Positions 25,985 through 37,883 of a DNA stretch of 64,000 nucleotides are shown one piece after another (position 1 is the first letter of the stretch; each line of letters starts with the position of its first letter). The notes below the pieces were generated by a model. The model saw only the letters and a list, made by a program, of their open reading frames with translations, searched no databases and was not told the DNA's origin. Origin of the DNA: an uncultured Planctomycetaceae bacterium (lineage in GTDB: Bacteria > Planctomycetota > Planctomycetia > Planctomycetales > Planctomycetaceae); the NCBI GenBank assembly GCA_963815195.1, contig CAWFGE010000023.1, forward strand, positions 352,001 through 416,000, in the 5' to 3' direction. Made by a program: the position numbers and the translations under genes.

Positions 25985-26134
25985 CTCGTTCCCAAGCTCC
26001 AGCTTGGGAACGCACTCACGCGAAGCTCCGCTTCGCAACGCGTCCATCATGCGATCGTCTCCGACGGGATGTGAGTCGCGCGACGCTTCACACGTTGCCA
26101 AGCGGAGTTTGGCGACAAGTGCGTTCCGAAGCGG
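25985..26134. repeat. Composite palindromic element CTCGTTCCCAAGCTCCAGCTTGGGAACG (right arm truncated)
   Basis: GTTCCCAAGCT/AGCTTGGGAAC palindrome; GAAGCTCCGCTTC and the complementary AAGCGGAGTTT; GTGCGTTCC arm. Confidence 0.7.
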
Positions 26135-26171
26135 CGGCAGCAATTCTGTCGCCGCTTCGCGGTTTTCTACA

Positions 26172-28157
26172 TTAACGGAAGCGGCTCAATGCGCGGAACT
26201 CGCGGTTGGGAACCCACAGGTGCATCTCGATCGCATCCTTCTCGACGCCCAAAGAAAGCGACGTCACCTCGGACGTGGTCGGGGCTTCGGCCGGAGCTTC
26301 GAAAAACTGCTGCAGGTTGATGTGGAACTCCGCGCGGCGGCCGGGCGGAGCACGGCGGTGAAACTCGGCGAGCCTCGGATGCTCAGGCAATCCGGGGCGG
26401 CGTTTCTTGAGATTGACGAGCGCGGCTTCAAATAAGTCCGTGTTCGACCCCAACAGCGCGACGATGTGTTTGTCCTGCACGGCAATGCGGATTTTCGACC
26501 AGTCCGGCCCGAAGGCGTGCCTAAGTTTCGATGCCGCCTTTTCGGATTTTTCATCGAGGTCCATTTTCAGAATGTCGACGGCGAGACCTTGCCGGGTTTC
26601 GGCCTTGGGAAAATCGCCCCAGCGGACCGAGAGGTTCTCGAGCAGGGTTTGCGAGAACACATCCTCGTGCCGGGCTTCGATCGAGCTTTTAATCCGCAGC
26701 CGAATCCGCCGGGCCCGCGCGACGACCTCCGCATCTTTGGACTGGAGGGCTTTGTTCAAATACGGCAGGGCCGGCGGTCCGATCAGGCTGAGTTTGAGCG
26801 TCGCCGACTGCCGGACCCGGAAGTTGGGATCGCCCAGCTCTTTGATGAGCTTTTTCACGGTGGCCACATCGTCGGCTTGGGCGTGTTCGCCGTCGAGTTT
26901 GAGTTCGCCGGGACTCGCAAACCGCGCGAGTTGCCGCATCTCCTTGAGAAACTCCTCCGGGTCGTCGGCGTCCAGAATCGCGACCATGCTGAAGAGGCCG
27001 TCGGCGGGATCCTCGTTGCGGTACACCGCGAGCCGGCTGCCTTTTAGCCGCTGCCAGACTTCATCGAACAGCCCCACAAAATTCGGTCGCTCGGCCAGGT
27101 TGATGAGTTTTTTCTCCTCGATCCAAAAGTCGTATGTGGAACCCAATATCCCCCGCACGAGCGCCAAATTCTGGGCCCCGTCGCTTTGGACCGCTTGGGC
27201 GGCGATGAGATCGCCTGAGGGCAAACCGTCGAGCGCCGAATGCTCCCCGCCGCTTCCAAGCAGAGCGAGCAGTTTGCGGGCCGCGGGATGCTCGCCGGGG
27301 CGGAAGATCGTCTGGAAGTTGAACTCGAACCCCGCTTCATCAATCGCCACGGCGACCAGCAGGTTCTGGATATCGGGCAAACAGTCGGCGATGAGCCCGA
27401 TCGCCTCGGAACTCAGGCCGGTTTTGGGGTCGACTTCCTGATCCTTCATTTTTTCCGCGCGGGCCTTGGCGTCCGCGACGACCTTGGCCCAGCTCGGCCC
27501 CCAAGGCGTGGTGCCCAGATGGAGCAGCATGTCCGACCGCCCGACCCGCTCCCGCTGGTTCGCGGTGAGCACTTCGGACAGCCGTTTGCCCTTCGCCACG
27601 CTGAGAATTGCCCGCTCGTTTCTCCCCAAATACAAATGGTTGCCCCGCACATACACGAGACCGAACTCGAACGCCCGGTTTCTTCCATTGGAGATCTTGA
27701 TGATTTTTTCGGGCTGGAGTTCGCCCTTCTTCAAGTGGAAATTGGCGGCCATCTCATCGCGATCCTTAAAAGCCACGGCCACGACGAGCAGGTTGAGAAA
27801 ATCATCGAACTCGCGCGGATGGAGCGCGCGGGCCTCGATCATATTCGCCACAAAAATGCCCGCGGGCTGGCTGTCGTCTCGGCCCTTGTCGATCCCCAGG
27901 AAATGGAAGGCCATCGTAAACAGAGCCGACGGGCGAAAGCCGAATTGTCTTTGAAATTCCTGCGCCAACCCCGTGTTTTTAATAAACACATCGCCCTGGT
28001 CTTTGAGCTCGTCCAGGTTTTGAATCGCAAAACCCGCGGCGGAGTTGATGGGAATCAAATCGAGCGCGGTCTTCACTTCCGCCGGCCTATCCGCCGCCGA
28101 AAGCGAAGCCGACCCCGACCAAAACACCAAAACCGCGCAGCACACCGCTCGAAACAT
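26172..28157 (-). CDS. Secreted protein with HEAT-like repeat
   Basis: Start MFRAVCCAVLVFW after GGGAGG; LIKELGDPNFRVRQSATLKL..IGPPALPYL HEAT motif. Confidence 0.75.
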   Translation of the reverse strand: MFRAVCCAVLVFWSGSASLSAADRPAEVKTALDLIPINSAAGFAIQNLDELKDQGDVFIKNTGLAQEFQRQFGFRPSALFTMAFHFLGIDKGRDDSQPAGIFVANMIEARALHPREFDDFLNLLVVAVAFKDRDEMAANFHLKKGELQPEKIIKISNGRNRAFEFGLVYVRGNHLYLGRNERAILSVAKGKRLSEVLTANQRERVGRSDMLLHLGTTPWGPSWAKVVADAKARAEKMKDQEVDPKTGLSSEAIGLIADCLPDIQNLLVAVAIDEAGFEFNFQTIFRPGEHPAARKLLALLGSGGEHSALDGLPSGDLIAAQAVQSDGAQNLALVRGILGSTYDFWIEEKKLINLAERPNFVGLFDEVWQRLKGSRLAVYRNEDPADGLFSMVAILDADDPEEFLKEMRQLARFASPGELKLDGEHAQADDVATVKKLIKELGDPNFRVRQSATLKLSLIGPPALPYLNKALQSKDAEVVARARRIRLRIKSSIEARHEDVFSQTLLENLSVRWGDFPKAETRQGLAVDILKMDLDEKSEKAASKLRHAFGPDWSKIRIAVQDKHIVALLGSNTDLFEAALVNLKKRRPGLPEHPRLAEFHRRAPPGRRAEFHINLQQFFEAPAEAPTTSEVTSLSLGVEKDAIEMHLWVPNREFRALSRFR

Positions 28158-28276
28158 GGCCCCCTCCCGCGTGAAAAGAACTCCGGCCGTCCGGGATGTT
28201 ATACCAGCCTGATGCGAAGCCCGTTTCAAAGAAATCCGGCCCTTTGACAGTCGATGGCCGCGTGTGCTGTAATAAT

Positions 28277-28333
28277 GGAGCGGCGGCATCTTGCCGCCGT
28301 CGGTTAATCTCGGCGGCTGGAAGCCGCCGCTAC
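28277..28333. repeat. GTAG/GGAG-type REP doublet (GGAGCGGCGGCATCTTGCCGCC ... GGCGGCTGGAAGCCGCCGCTAC)
   Basis: Inverted pair upstream of recJ; related unit at 51614-51636. Confidence 0.75.
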
Positions 28334-28361
28334 AAATCCCTCCGAAAGAAAGCTCCCCTTC

Positions 28362-30107
28362 ATGGCCAAAGCGTGGCGGTTTTGCCCGCATGATGAATCG
28401 CTGGTGATGCAGTTGTGCCGGGACTTGCGCGTGGCCCCGCTCACGGCTCAGGTGCTGGTCGCCCGCGATTTGCATTCGGTGACTGAAGCGCGGGAATTTC
28501 TCGATGCGAAGCTCGTCGATCTGCACGAACCGGAACTGTTGCCGGGCATCAGCGAAGCCGCCGACCGCGTGGTGTCGGCGATCAACGCGGGGCGGCCGAT
28601 CACGATTTTCGGCGATTACGATGTGGACGGCGTCACCGCGACGAGCCTCCTCTGGTACTGCCTGAAGCTCGCCGGCGCGAATGTGGATTACTACATCCCC
28701 TGCCGAATCAACGAAGGCTACGGCCTCAATTGCGATGCGATGCGGGAGCTTTCAGAAAACGGAACAGGCCGGCTGGTGGTCAGTGTGGATTGCGGCATCG
28801 CCAACCTCAAGGAAGCCGCGCTCGCCCGCGAGTTGGGTCTGGAACTCATCATCACCGATCATCACCAGTTCCGCGAGGAACTGCCCGACGCCGCGTGCCT
28901 GGTGCACCCGCGCTTGCCGGGCGGGACCTACCCGTTCGGCCAACTCTGCGGCGCGGGGGTGGCGTTCAAGCTCGCCTGGGCCATCTGCCAGCGGCTGGGC
29001 GACGGCAAAAAAGCCACGCCCCGCATGCGGGAGTTTTTGTTGAGCGCGGTCGGCCTCGCCGCGATCGGCACGGTGGCCGACGTGGTGCCGCTGTTGGGCG
29101 AGAACCGCGTGTTGGTGCGGTATGGCCTCCGGAGCCTCGCCGAGCGGGCCAGCATTGGCATGCAAGCTTTGATGCACGTCTCGGGCATCGAACACGGCCG
29201 GCTGCTCGATGCGGAGGACGTGGCCTTCAAACTCGCCCCGCGGATCAACGCGGCCGGGCGGTTGGAGCAGGGCCGGCTCGCGGTGGAACTCTTGACGACC
29301 GACAACCGCGAGCGGGCTTTGCAACTCGCGTCGTATTTCGAGGAACTCAACAAAAACCGCCGCACCGCCGAGCGGCGAATCTTCAAACAGGCCAAGGAAC
29401 TTATCGAGGAACATCCCGAATGGCAAGAAGCCCCCGGGCTCGTGGTGGCCTCCCAGGGCTGGCACGCGGGAGTGATCGGCATCGTCGCCAACCGCGTCGT
29501 CGACCACTTTGAAAAACCGACGCTGCTGCTCAATATCTCTTCGGACGGAACAACGGCCGGCGGGTCGGGGCGGTCTTTTGCGGGGTTCGATCTTTTGGCC
29601 GGTTTGGAGGCTTGCTCCGATCTGCTCTTGAGCTTCGGCGGGCATCACGCGGCGGCGGGGGTTCGCGTGAGTCTGGAAAACCTCGACGCCTTCCGCGAGC
29701 GGTTTTGCGAATACGTTGCAGAACATCACCGGCCCTCCGAGCTCGAGTTTGCCATGCGGATCGATGCCGAGGTCCGGCTGGCCGATGTCACGCACCGGGC
29801 GGTGAAGGAACTCGATCGGCTCGGCCCGTTCGGTCAGGGCAACCCGAAGCCCGTGTTCGCGGCCACGCATGTCGAACTCGCCGGCCCGCCGCGCACGATG
29901 GGCGAAGGCGACCGGCATCTGGATTTGCGAATCCGGCAACACAACGTCACGCTGCGGGCGATTGCCTTCGGACGCGCCGAATGGGCCGAGGAAATCGCCA
30001 ACGTCAATGGCCCGATCTCCGTCGGTTTCACCGCCGGCATCAACCGCTTTCGCGGCCGCGAATCGGTCGAACTCTTCCTCCAGGACTGGCAGCCGGAAGC
30101 GTCATAG
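28362..30107 (+). CDS. recJ: Single-stranded-DNA exonuclease RecJ
   Basis: GDYDVDG, TDHH, GTVADVVPL, PRINAAGR, GSGRS, GGHHAAAG and PFGQGNP motifs. Confidence 0.96.
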   Translation: MAKAWRFCPHDESLVMQLCRDLRVAPLTAQVLVARDLHSVTEAREFLDAKLVDLHEPELLPGISEAADRVVSAINAGRPITIFGDYDVDGVTATSLLWYCLKLAGANVDYYIPCRINEGYGLNCDAMRELSENGTGRLVVSVDCGIANLKEAALARELGLELIITDHHQFREELPDAACLVHPRLPGGTYPFGQLCGAGVAFKLAWAICQRLGDGKKATPRMREFLLSAVGLAAIGTVADVVPLLGENRVLVRYGLRSLAERASIGMQALMHVSGIEHGRLLDAEDVAFKLAPRINAAGRLEQGRLAVELLTTDNRERALQLASYFEELNKNRRTAERRIFKQAKELIEEHPEWQEAPGLVVASQGWHAGVIGIVANRVVDHFEKPTLLLNISSDGTTAGGSGRSFAGFDLLAGLEACSDLLLSFGGHHAAAGVRVSLENLDAFRERFCEYVAEHHRPSELEFAMRIDAEVRLADVTHRAVKELDRLGPFGQGNPKPVFAATHVELAGPPRTMGEGDRHLDLRIRQHNVTLRAIAFGRAEWAEEIANVNGPISVGFTAGINRFRGRESVELFLQDWQPEAS

Positions 30108-30165
30108 CGAACGAGGGAGATGAAATCCTCTGGAATTGAAAAACATCCCAGGGACCGATTCTCCG

Positions 30166-30855
30166 TTACTCCATTGTGCCGGCGGCAACCTCATGGAGTG
30201 GAAGCGGGCCGCGGGTCTCGCCGGTTTGTTTCGCTTGATAGACGAGGTCGTTTGTCACATCGAACGCGGTCAGGTACTGGCCGCCGCAGCACCATGTGTC
30301 GATGCACACCCAGCCGGGGATCACGAGCGGTTCGCCTTGGACCAGGCTGGTGTGTCCGCAAATCACGCGGCGGCCGTCTTCGCGGGGCGGTTCGTCGCCC
30401 GTGAGTCGCGACCACCTGAGCCAATCCGCGGACTGGTCGGCCAACTTCACGCCGGGCTCCAGGCTCGCGTGGACGAAGATTTCGGATTCGGTTTCAAAAT
30501 AGTCCCGGCCCGCTTTCAGAAATTCCCAATGCCGTTCGGGAACCCTGTCGAAGCCGCCGCCGTAGGACTCGAGCGTCTGCCGGCCGCCGTATCGCAGCCA
30601 GGCCCGTTCCATGCTGCCGCCGCCCTGGGATTGCAGCATCATCTCTTCGTGGTTTCCCAGGAGAAACACGAGCTTGTTAGACCGTTGAAGGTCCAGCAGG
30701 AGATCGACGGCCTGTTTTGTGCCCGGTCCGCGATCGACGACATCTCCGAGGACCACGAGCGTATCGCCCGCGGCGAGCGTCAGCGATTCCAGCAATCGCT
30801 CGAGTGCAATATGGCATCCGTGAATATCGCCGATGGCAATGGTGCGGTCAGGCAT
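30166..30855 (-). CDS. Metallophosphoesterase (PrpA-like Ser/Thr phosphatase family)
   Basis: GDIHG, GDVVDRG, GNHE, GHT. Confidence 0.9.
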   Translation of the reverse strand: MPDRTIAIGDIHGCHIALERLLESLTLAAGDTLVVLGDVVDRGPGTKQAVDLLLDLQRSNKLVFLLGNHEEMMLQSQGGGSMERAWLRYGGRQTLESYGGGFDRVPERHWEFLKAGRDYFETESEIFVHASLEPGVKLADQSADWLRWSRLTGDEPPREDGRRVICGHTSLVQGEPLVIPGWVCIDTWCCGGQYLTAFDVTNDLVYQAKQTGETRGPLPLHEVAAGTME

Positions 30856-30861
30856 GAGAGT

Positions 30862-32022
30862 TCAGTCCTTTGGACGATCCGGAGGTTGGACGGGTTGTGC
30901 GGCATCGGCCTCGAATCCGCACCATCGCCCGTGGATGTAAACATCTCCCCCCAGCGTTTGAATTTCCAAGTCTGTAAGTTGGGCGCGTTCGGGAATCCGC
31001 TCGAGGCCAGCGCCCCGCATCGGCGTGGGAGAATTCGCGCCGCCGACAATTTTCGGAGCGATAAAAACGTGCACCTCATCGATCGATGCCGCATCGAAAA
31101 AACTCCCCAAAAGCATCTCGCCGCCTTCCACCAAAACGTTCGTCAGTTTCCGCGCGCCGAGTTCCTGTAACAGCGCGGAGACATCCACCATCCCCGTTTC
31201 GCATTGTGGCAACCGCAGGACCTCCACGCCGGCTTTTTCCAACGCGGCGGCGTTTCGGGGGTCGGCTTCGTCGGTGGCGGCAATCAGGACGGGGGCTTCT
31301 TCAAGAGTTTGCACCAACCGCGAAGCGACAGGCGTTTTTGCGAACCGGTCCACAACAATTCGCAAGGGCATGCGGGGACCCGGCGGACGGGCGGTGAGCC
31401 GGGGGTCGTCGGCCCGCTGAGTTCCCGCGCCGACGAGGATCGCATCCATCCGGCCGCGAAGGTCGTGCGCGATCCGCCGGGACTCCGGGCCGGAAATCCA
31501 TTGGGAATGCCCGCAGCGGCTGGCGATCTTGCCGTCGAGCGTCATCGCCCACTTGGCGTGCACGAAGGGCCGGCCTTGTGTCACCAACATGGCGAACGGG
31601 GCGATCAATTTCGCGGCGTCTTCTTCCAAGAGGCCGACCTCCACTTGAAGGCCCGCTTCGCGAAGTTCCGCGATGCCGCCGCCCGCCGCGTGCGGCGCGG
31701 GATCGGTTGTGCCGACGACGACGCGGTTGAGGCCCGCCGCCAAAATCGCCCGCGTGCACGGCGGGGTCTTGCCGTGATGGCAACAGGGTTCCAGCGTGAC
31801 GTAAATTGTCGCGCCATTTGCACGACCGCCGGCTTGGCGAATGGCATGGACTTCCGCGTGCGGCCCGCCGAATTTTTCGTGAAAGCCTTCGCCGAGCAGT
31901 TCGCCGGTGTGACCAATGATGACAGCCCCCACGGGTGGATTCGGTTCGACAAAGCCCACGCCGCGCCGAGCCAATTCCAGCGCACGCGACATGGCCGAAA
32001 CATCATGGAACCGTGTGGTCAT
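30862..32022 (-). CDS. ribD: Riboflavin biosynthesis deaminase/reductase RibD
   Basis: PNPPVG, HAE, TLEPCCHHGKTPPC, AMTLDGKIA, VEGG. Confidence 0.96.
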   Translation of the reverse strand: MTTRFHDVSAMSRALELARRGVGFVEPNPPVGAVIIGHTGELLGEGFHEKFGGPHAEVHAIRQAGGRANGATIYVTLEPCCHHGKTPPCTRAILAAGLNRVVVGTTDPAPHAAGGGIAELREAGLQVEVGLLEEDAAKLIAPFAMLVTQGRPFVHAKWAMTLDGKIASRCGHSQWISGPESRRIAHDLRGRMDAILVGAGTQRADDPRLTARPPGPRMPLRIVVDRFAKTPVASRLVQTLEEAPVLIAATDEADPRNAAALEKAGVEVLRLPQCETGMVDVSALLQELGARKLTNVLVEGGEMLLGSFFDAASIDEVHVFIAPKIVGGANSPTPMRGAGLERIPERAQLTDLEIQTLGGDVYIHGRWCGFEADAAQPVQPPDRPKD

Positions 32023-32088
32023 TGGTGATCGAACTGCTGTTGGAGAATACCCTCAATGGGCGTGCGCATTTCTGCGCGTTTCTGGTGC

Positions 32089-32249
32089 AAATCCGAAGCG
32101 CGAAGTCCGAAACGACTGAAATATCCCAAATTCGAATGTCCCAAACAAATCGGCCCATTCAAAAAATAGGTCCGACGCCCCGGGGTTTGGATATTGAAAT
32201 TTCGGTCATTGGAATTTGTTTCGGATTTCGAGATTCGGATTTCGGATTT
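32089..32249. repeat. Inverted pair of heptamer-periodic arms (AAATCCG)n ... (CGGATTT)n
   Basis: Left AAATCCGAAGCGCGAAGTCCGAAAC...CAAAC; right GTTTGG...TTCGGATTTCGAGATTCGGATTTCGGATTT; no gene between the arms. Confidence 0.75.
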
Positions 32250-32286
32250 TTCCGGCGGGGGATCGTGAAGAATTGCGGAGGGCAAT

Positions 32287-34440
32287 TCAGCTCTGGCCGG
32301 GGAGCCAGATTTTCTTTTCGCCGGCTTCCGCGGATTCCTGGCCCGGAGTCCAAATGCCGCCGGTCGAGACCGTGCCCGGTTCCTCCGATGCAATCTCCGC
32401 GAGATTGGCCGGGGGCTCGATGCCGTAGGTGATCAGGATGGCGGCGACATAACTCACGACTTGGGGCAGCTTTTTGGCGTATTTGCGGACGAGCTTGTGG
32501 ACCAAAGGCATCAGGTTGGGATCGCCGGGGTCCTCGGCGCGGAAGGACAACTCCCGGATTTCCCAGCGGAGGGTTTTCTCGAAGGCGTCTTCCCGGGTCT
32601 GGGCGTGTTGTTGGCCTTCGTGGATCCAGCGATAGGTCTTGTCGCGGTCGTTTCGGTCCCGCGCCAGTTCCGACAGCGTACTGTAACTCCGGTCGCGGTC
32701 CACGTTGTCCGCACAACTCGGCCGGGAGAGCGCTTCGGTCAGCACATCATGCAAAAACCGGGCGTGGTGGATCAAGAGCACGCGGTTCAACACATAAATC
32801 AACTGATCGTCCGAAAGCTCGGGGATTTTCAGCCGATGGAGCTGCATCGCGGAAAACGATTGCAGCGGCAGGCCGGGCTGGGGCTCGATGGGCGTGGGCG
32901 GGGCGACGCCGAAGTTGTCACACACGGCCGCGATGTCGATCAAATGCCGATTGCGATCGCAGAACGCGTCGAGGACATAGATCGCCGCCCGCAACGGAAT
33001 CTCCAAACTGGGATCGCCCTTGGCTTCGGTGGGCGTTTTTCCGCCCAAGCCGGCGAGCGGCGTGTTGGGCCAGATGTCGCGGACGTTTTGTTCCCAGCGA
33101 TTCTGCTCCAATTGGGACTGGCGAACCACGGGCATCGCCGTCGGAAAGTGCCACTCGAACAGCATGGGAGCCTGTTCCTTGGGCACGGCGAACTGGAAAT
33201 TGTCTTCTTCGGCTTCCGAAGATTCGATGACTTCCGCGGCGCAGCCGTCAAACAAATCGCGAGCCGCGTTGATGTCCGCGCCTTCCAACCCGCTCAGAAC
33301 AACGAGGGGGCCGCTCGCGGTCTCCGGATCAATTCCCACCTGGGCGATCGAACATGGGACGGCGTCCATCTCCGGCCAGAGGTCCGGATCTTCCGCCAAC
33401 GGGGGGCGATCCAGCACCGTGAAGGTGACGGATTTGTCTTCGTCCGATTGTTTCCGCATGGGCAAGCGGACGAATCGTTCGTGTTCGTCCAGAAGCGTCA
33501 GCAACCGGGCCGCGGAACGCACGCGGTATTGGATCGATCGCAGCGGAAGCAAAGCGTCCGGCTGGTTCAAATCCAAAAGCTGAGCCAGCGTTTCGCACTC
33601 GACGGCGGTTTCGGCGTCGTGGTGAAGTTTCGCCGCCCGATGCAAAGCCTCGGCGGCGGCCGCTTCGTTGCCGTCCCAAGCCGCGCAAAACCCCGCGTTC
33701 TGCCAAAGCCCGGCCGATTCGGGATCGCGTTCGGCAAGTCGGCGGTATGTCTCGGCGGCGGGTTCAAAACAGCCGAGGGCCACCAGCGATTCCGCCCGAT
33801 GGACCAACCGCGGAAGTTCTTCCGCCAACTCGGGGGCAGCCGACTCGGGGGCCTTTGCAGGGGACAGCGGATGCACGCTCCGCAGCGGATAGGGCACATC
33901 CCCGTTGCTGTCGAATTCCAACAGCCGGAGGAATATGTCCTGCTTGTCTTCGTCGGGAACCAGCCGCAGGGCTTGAGCCAGATACTGCCGGCAGCCCATG
34001 AGTTTCAAGCGGCCGAACATCCACGCCGCGATCCCCATCGCCAGCGAGCCGACCACGTCGGGAAAGGACGCCGAGCATTTCTGAAACGCCCGATAAATCG
34101 CGGGCTTGGCTTTCTCATACCCGGCCGTGGCGAACGCGGCGGTCGCATACAGCGCGATCGCAAAGGAATGGTCCGGCGACTTCTCCAACAGCGGAACCAA
34201 GGCTTCCCGCGCCTCCGCATATTGGCCTTCGTTCATGAGGATGCTGGCCTTGGTGACGTAACCCCAAGACAGTTCAGGCTTTGTCGTCACGAGCCGGTCG
34301 AGAACTTGCAGCGAGGATTGCGTTTGCCGGTTGTCTTGATATTTGCTGACCTTGTCGATTTCTTCCGCAGCCGCCGCGCAACAAAACTTGAACTTCTTGC
34401 CGCTCCCGCAAGGGCATGGATCGTAGGCATCAATTGGCAT
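32287..34440 (-). CDS. SEC-C motif / TPR domain protein
   Basis: N-terminal YDPCPCGSGKKFKFCC; TPR-like helices; C-terminal IWTPG/IWLPG. Confidence 0.85.
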   Translation of the reverse strand: MPIDAYDPCPCGSGKKFKFCCAAAAEEIDKVSKYQDNRQTQSSLQVLDRLVTTKPELSWGYVTKASILMNEGQYAEAREALVPLLEKSPDHSFAIALYATAAFATAGYEKAKPAIYRAFQKCSASFPDVVGSLAMGIAAWMFGRLKLMGCRQYLAQALRLVPDEDKQDIFLRLLEFDSNGDVPYPLRSVHPLSPAKAPESAAPELAEELPRLVHRAESLVALGCFEPAAETYRRLAERDPESAGLWQNAGFCAAWDGNEAAAAEALHRAAKLHHDAETAVECETLAQLLDLNQPDALLPLRSIQYRVRSAARLLTLLDEHERFVRLPMRKQSDEDKSVTFTVLDRPPLAEDPDLWPEMDAVPCSIAQVGIDPETASGPLVVLSGLEGADINAARDLFDGCAAEVIESSEAEEDNFQFAVPKEQAPMLFEWHFPTAMPVVRQSQLEQNRWEQNVRDIWPNTPLAGLGGKTPTEAKGDPSLEIPLRAAIYVLDAFCDRNRHLIDIAAVCDNFGVAPPTPIEPQPGLPLQSFSAMQLHRLKIPELSDDQLIYVLNRVLLIHHARFLHDVLTEALSRPSCADNVDRDRSYSTLSELARDRNDRDKTYRWIHEGQQHAQTREDAFEKTLRWEIRELSFRAEDPGDPNLMPLVHKLVRKYAKKLPQVVSYVAAILITYGIEPPANLAEIASEEPGTVSTGGIWTPGQESAEAGEKKIWLPGQS

Positions 34441-34516
34441 CGTATCGATCCCTGAGTAGGAACTTTTCCGTAGGTAGGGTGAATCGCTCGACTCCCCGGT
34501 TTTGATTCTTGGCGAG

Positions 34517-34586
34517 AACCGGCCCCCAGCACCTTCCGGCTAATGATGGAAAACGATTGATTAGCCGCAGGGCGCTCGCCCCGGTT
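34517..34586. repeat. REP pair of the ATTAGCCGCAGGGCG...CCCCGGTT family
   Basis: AACCGG...CCGGCTAAT and ATTAGCCGCAGGGCGCTCGCCCCGGTT; related unit at 56938-56963. Confidence 0.6.
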
Positions 34587-34743
34587 CTTGGGGCGAAGGC
34601 ATTGGAGTTTTTGAGGCATCGAGCGACGGAAAGTTGAATGTTAGCAAAACTTTCCGATTTTCCCAGGCAAGTCCGCCACCAGGAAAACTCGCCCAACAAA
34701 AAAACGAGCGGGGGCCGCCCGCTCGCCGATTTGACGCGTTTGG

Positions 34744-35694
34744 TTATTTCTTCGCCTGCTGCGTTTCCCACCGGCGGTCGATCTGGATCAACAGATCGCG
34801 AACCTTCCGGTGCACGCTCTCTGGTGCAGACACGACCAGCATATCGCCCAGAACCTGAATGGAATTCTTCGGTTCATGAGTTTTGGCGAGCGGCTTTCCG
34901 CCGCCACCCGGATTTCCGCCATGCTGCACCGTGCTCAGCACGGCCCCTTGGAAATGAAACACGGAGGAATCCGTTTGAGCTTTCGGACCTGTCGCCGGGT
35001 TCTGGTTATTCTGCACAACGATTTCCTTCGCCGGGCCGGTCATGGCTTGCCTCGGCGTGGAATTCCTCCGCCACGTGTTCGGCTCGACAATGTGTTGAAT
35101 CGTCTGGCTGAGCGATTCCGGCTCCACGCCCACCTGCCGGAGATAGCCGGTGTTATAGACGCGGGTCTTGCGTTTTTCGTCAGCAGCGATGATCGTCGTG
35201 ATCTTGAGGACTTCATCTTCCACAACATAGGTCAGGCCCAAGGGTTCGAACATGATCTTCAGCGCGCTTTCCAGCTTGATCCCGGAAAGAATTTTGTTGA
35301 TGGGCTGATCAACCGCCACGCCCTCTTCGGTGAGGGCCTGTTCGTCGATGATGATCGTGATATCATAGGCATCGCCGATATGCTCCATCGCATCCTTTAT
35401 TGGGGTCTCGATGAATTCAAGGTCCACGCCCTTGGGATTCCGCAGGGCCTGGTGGATTTTTTCCTCGGTCTTGTCCGGTTCGTACAGATCAAAATCGCCC
35501 TCCGCTCGGCGCGGCGGCGGAGCGGGGATGGAATGTGTTTCCGGATGCGCCGAGGCGGGGGCTTGCAGAGTCGTCCCGGAAGATTCTTTGCCGCCTGGAT
35601 TCTGCCCGCTCGACGGCTGAGACAACAGGGACCAGCAAATCAGACCGCCGCACAGAACAGCCGACGCGCTTAGAAGTCGGAAGCGTTGAAACAT
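34744..35694 (-). CDS. Secreted protein with STN/secretin-N-like domain
   Basis: Signal peptide; LEFIETPIKDAM...IDEQAL...LESALKIM..PLGLTYVVEDEVLKITT; LVVSAPESVHRKV. Confidence 0.7.
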   Translation of the reverse strand: MFQRFRLLSASAVLCGGLICWSLLSQPSSGQNPGGKESSGTTLQAPASAHPETHSIPAPPPRRAEGDFDLYEPDKTEEKIHQALRNPKGVDLEFIETPIKDAMEHIGDAYDITIIIDEQALTEEGVAVDQPINKILSGIKLESALKIMFEPLGLTYVVEDEVLKITTIIAADEKRKTRVYNTGYLRQVGVEPESLSQTIQHIVEPNTWRRNSTPRQAMTGPAKEIVVQNNQNPATGPKAQTDSSVFHFQGAVLSTVQHGGNPGGGGKPLAKTHEPKNSIQVLGDMLVVSAPESVHRKVRDLLIQIDRRWETQQAKK

Positions 35695-35805
35695 GGGAAA
35701 TCCTCGCGAAGGGAGAAGGAGAAGGGATCTCCCTTTACCTTAACGATCCCGGCCGCAAATGGGAACAAAAACTTTGCGGATCGAGCCGATTTCCGTGGCT
35801 GCGGT

Positions 35806-37491
<1,686 letters not shown>

Positions 37492-37618
37492 AGCGGCCAA
37501 ATTCCATTCGCAACAAGTTTTTCACAACACCCGAACCCCAATCAGTCGGTTCGGATCCCTTTTGAAATCTAACAACCCCAAGCGGAAAATGAAAAGGCCA
37601 ACCTCTATTCAAAGGCTT

Positions 37619-37759
37619 TTTAACGCAATTGCGCAAAGGGCCGCAAAGAAGATTACTTTCAGAAATGAGCGGCATGGCGCTAGCCGCCGGTTCCGCACGC
37701 AATACCGGCGGCTAGCGCCGTGCCGCTCAAAAGTTTAACCTTGGCGCCTTTGCGTTAAA
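37619..37759. repeat. Outer TTTAACGCAA..GCGCAAAG / CTTGGCGCCTTTGCGTTAAA inverted pair enclosing a REP doublet (37666-37729)
   Basis: 10-bp perfect terminal IR TTTAACGCAA/TTGCGTTAAA; inner TGAGCGGCATGGCGCTAGCCGCCGGT ... ACCGGCGGCTAGCGCCGTGCCGCTCA. Confidence 0.8.
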
Positions 37760-37883
37760 TGCCTTTGTCAGCCAACGAGACCCACACACATCAATTATAC
37801 GCTTGCGGCGGGTTGCGCAGGGCCGCACAATGGGGGGTTGACCATCTGTTCTGTTTCGGGGCCTGGGACGGGGCGTTTTGAGC

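Noticed and set aside
26172..28526. 784-aa version of the HEAT protein (and upstream-extended versions of 8717-10177, 44291-46219, 629-991)
   Set aside because: Extensions overlap neighbouring genes or repeats; internal ATGs with RBS and/or signal peptide are better starts.
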